NCBI GenBank assembly: GCA_030295235.1
Contig: AP026139.1
Coordinates: forward strand, 310,001-374,000
Direction: 5' to 3'
Length of the DNA stretch: 64,000 bases
From: Fistulifera solaris
Lineage: Eukaryota
Part shown: positions 61,001 to 64,000 of the stretch, one piece after another
Layout of the letters: the number at the start of each line of letters is the position of its first letter
Numbering within the stretch: the first letter of the stretch is position 1
The notes under the pieces: model-generated
Database searches by the model: none
Told to the model about the DNA's origin: nothing
The model's input: the letters and a program-made list of their open reading frames with translations, nothing else
Made by a program: the position numbers and the translations under genes

Positions 61001-62414
61001 CCACCTGGGGCAACAGTTCGGACAACAGTTCTCTCCAAAACATTTTCAACAGTAAGACCGAGCATTTCGCGCTCAATTTTAACTTCATAGTAGTCTGAAT
61101 TAGAGTTGCGACTCTGTGCCTGAGGAAGGGCGCGCGTGTCTTCGTCATTAGGTTCGAGGCCCTCCTGAGTTGATTTCCCAAAAATGATTGTTTGGGACCC
61201 ACCCGCCGAAACATGGAAGCAAAAACAGAGTTTGTAGTTTTTGATATTGTTTCTGATTTCTCCTTGTGGTCTACTGGTTGTTCGAGGCCAGCATCTAAAG
61301 TAAAACTCTCGGTGCTTCCTGTCGCTTTTCGATCCTGGTTGGCAACTGATACATCTCCCATACACGCACGAAAAAAGGCAGCGGTCATATCACCTTGCGG
61401 AGGAGAACAAGAGGGGAGTAGATCCGACACTACCACTGGTCGATCAACTTCGTCAATCTCATTGATGTCATTAGAAAGGGTGGATTTCCCTTTCGGTAAA
61501 AGATCGACTAAACTTTGATACGCTCCATCTACTTTTTTCAACGTCATCTCCAAGCAATCGCAAGCGTCTCTAATATCTTGTTCTTGGTATTGTTTGATCG
61601 GTTCAGAGTCGATAGTTGTTTGTTTAGGATGCCGTGGTGATTTGTCCGCGTCAACTTTCATTGAGTCCTCAACACCACCGTCAACGGCGCTAAAGTACTC
61701 CAATAGAAGTAACACCTGCAGCAATGCATCGTTACCTCCCTCACTTAACTTTTTCAAAAGAGGAGATTGCGGGTTGCGACTCTGGAGCTCATTTCGAACA
61801 GCTGTCAACGATACACTTCGTAATTCAAATTTGTTGCTGCTTGCACCTTTTCTATCATGTCTATCATCTTTCTCATCTGCAGCCGATGAGATAAAAGAGT
61901 GTGCAACCGCACGCGCTTCTCGCGCTGCTTCAGCTGGAGATTTATTTTTCGCACTAGCTGCAGCAGCCACAGCCGCCAATGCCAAGGCAGCTTTTCGCTT
62001 TACATCGTCTGCTTCATTGTTGTCATCATGCGAAGACTCCTCAGCGATTGAAGTTCGTACTTTTGTAGATCCACCATCCTGTAGCTCTGGTAACTCTACA
62101 ATTGTAGGCTTCAGCTCGTACTCGCTCCCCGCATTCGTCGTCTCTTTGTTGGCATTGTCGACTTCCGACATATAATCAGATCTTTCCTCGGAGCCACTCT
62201 CGACGTCGGCCTCCTTCGGCTCATCCATGCTTTGAGCTTCAACAATGTCGCGAGAGAGTTCTTCAGTCATTTTCACATACTCTTTTTCCTCTCCGTTGGC
62301 TTTTTGCTCGAGCGATGTTTCGGTGGACGACAGCGGTGTAATTGTTGTCCCTGGTTTCGTCAAATTGTCTTTCGCATTCTCGCCAACCTTCTCGCCATGC
62401 TCTCCTTCCTGCAT
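58039..62414 (-). CDS. PDZ + HEAT-repeat protein (PP2A-A/PP4R1-like scaffold; indel near 61200)
   Basis: LGLTVE..VAPGGPAKKAG..IVKVG..RPLTLIL PDZ; HEAT motifs DVDVMVRKA, QWRVRQSA, DKVDAVR, DRIANVRLNVG, DQDVVYFA. Confidence 0.8.
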
Positions 62415-63151
62415 TTTTAAATCAAAGGATCAGATCTGCCGAGAATTGTAGCTGCACTCTATACGTAATGAAATGAGTTTCTATTTCTCTATATCTTTTC
62501 CAGGAAGTGCATTTGCTTGTAAGTATAAGCGGAACAAGCAGTGTGAAGTGCACAAGTCACTAAATAATTTAGGCCGGCATCGTGGCGATACACACTGGTC
62601 AAATATATAGATTTCTGGGTACCAGTACGACTTTATCCTAAGGCACCACACACCACAATCTTCACTAAATTTACGCAACTGGTCTTGAGGGCCATTTCGT
62701 TCGAAATGTTCGCTCGTGAAGGGTTGCCAGTGATAATCATATACTCATTCAAAGAAGGAACCGAAAGGCAAAACACTCTAGCTACTCGATTTTGCATTCT
62801 TGTGCGAACGCGACTGTCAATTGTTTAGCCACTAAGTTGCTACTGTCGTGATGATTCGTGATTGACCTTGTTCGACCTCACGCATCGTGCGCCCGACAGA
62901 CGCTCCCATCAAGCGAAAAAATATACGGAGTACCTGGTACTGCCGGTACCTGGTTTTGGTACCGGTACGCTACCGGTATCGTACCTGGTAAGGCGAAACT
63001 GCGAAAACAACACGCTAAATCGCAAAATCGTCCGGCGTTCACAATTGGCTGTCAAACGTCAAACCACAGTGCTTCCATCGCTAAAGACGTTGTTTTCGCT
63101 CGTCAACCTTCTACAATTAAATTTATTTCTTGAAGTATTCTACAACATACA

Positions 63152-64000
63152 ATGGTGAGTAGAAAATATTTTACTGCGCCTTATCGTGTGGATGGGATGA
63201 GCTTATAATAAACAGTGCGTTTCTAATGGTTGGTGGACGGGTCGCAAGTCGGTTTTGTAACATTCTCTTTACTACTTGATATCTCATAGTAAAAGGGAAT
63301 TTTAGTGTCATTGTTGACTTGGTTTCTTGTCAATTCCCATGGATATTGGGGCGATTTCATTTTGAGTTTTCATTTCCTTTCAACTCACTTCATTCTAACG
63401 ATTATGTTTATCCAGGCAACTGAAATCCCAGAGTTCAAACTAATCCTAGTCGGCGATGGAGGCGTGGGAAAGACAACATTCGTCAAGCGCCATTTGACGG
63501 GTGAGTTCGAAAAGAAATACGTCGCTACTTTGGGAGTGGAGGTCCACCCATTGCTTTTTCACACGAATCGTGGGCCTATCAAATTCAACGTATGGGATAC
63601 CGCTGGTCAGGAAAAGTTTGGTGGTTTGCGTGATGGATATTACATTCAAGGGCAATGTGCCATTATCATGTTCGATGTGACCAGTCGCATCACTTACAAA
63701 AACGTTCCTAACTGGCACCGCGACTTGACGCGCGTCTGCGAAAACATTCCAATCGTTTTGACTGGAAACAAGGTTGAGATTAAAGACCGAAAGGTCAAGG
63801 CGAAGCAAATTACGTTTCACCGAAAGAAGAATCTTCAGTACTACGATATCTCCGCTAAATCGAACTACAATTTCGAGAAGCCGTTCTTGTGGCTAGCTCG
63901 AAAGCTTTCCGGAGACAATCAGCTTCACTTTGTTGAAGCTCCTGCCTTGCAGCCACCGGAAGCAACTATTGATGATGCTACTAAGATTCTTTACGAGCAG
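63152..64000 (+). CDS. RAN: GTP-binding nuclear protein Ran (3' partial); intron 63155-63415
   Basis: [66 protein letters not shown]. Confidence 0.97.

Noticed and set aside
257..62414. Frequent frameshifts read as mass pseudogenisation or programmed frameshifting
   Set aside because: They fall mostly in homopolymer runs, hit conserved genes (PRP18, COQ8, NSDHL) and differ between near-identical repeat arms, which is typical of long-read indel error
63446..63820. Minus-strand 124 aa ORF and similar antisense ORFs across the window
   Set aside because: Shadow frames of real genes on the opposite strand (here RAN)

Overview
Gene-dense eukaryotic nuclear DNA, most likely a pennate diatom (inferred from short GT-AG introns, compact intergenic regions and gene content). 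Many conserved genes carry single-base indels in homopolymer runs, so this is probably an unpolished long-read assembly and frameshifts alone do not indicate pseudogenes. All calls are by-eye motif recognition; no searches were run. Housekeeping genes include PRP18, DPH4, PHB2, SEM1, NF-YA, COQ8, GEMIN2, NSDHL, a HOOK-like protein and RAN. Highlights: (1) one ORF fusing ERO1, an Osm1/flavocytochrome-c-type fumarate reductase and cytochrome b5 behind a signal peptide, a candidate O2-independent disulfide-forming relay; (2) an RNase MRP RNA gene followed 22 nt later by tRNA-Sec and a decayed tRNA-Sec copy; (3) three paralogs of a TALE-homeodomain-like gene with an altered recognition helix, two forming a near-identical ~2.5 kb inverted repeat; (4) in one arm only, a 3.9 kb PIF/Harbinger transposon nested inside a ~330 bp hAT-type MITE, with TIRs, TSDs and the empty site visible; (5) a SET-TPR-2OG-oxygenase fusion and a probably GPI-anchored AA15-like LPMO.
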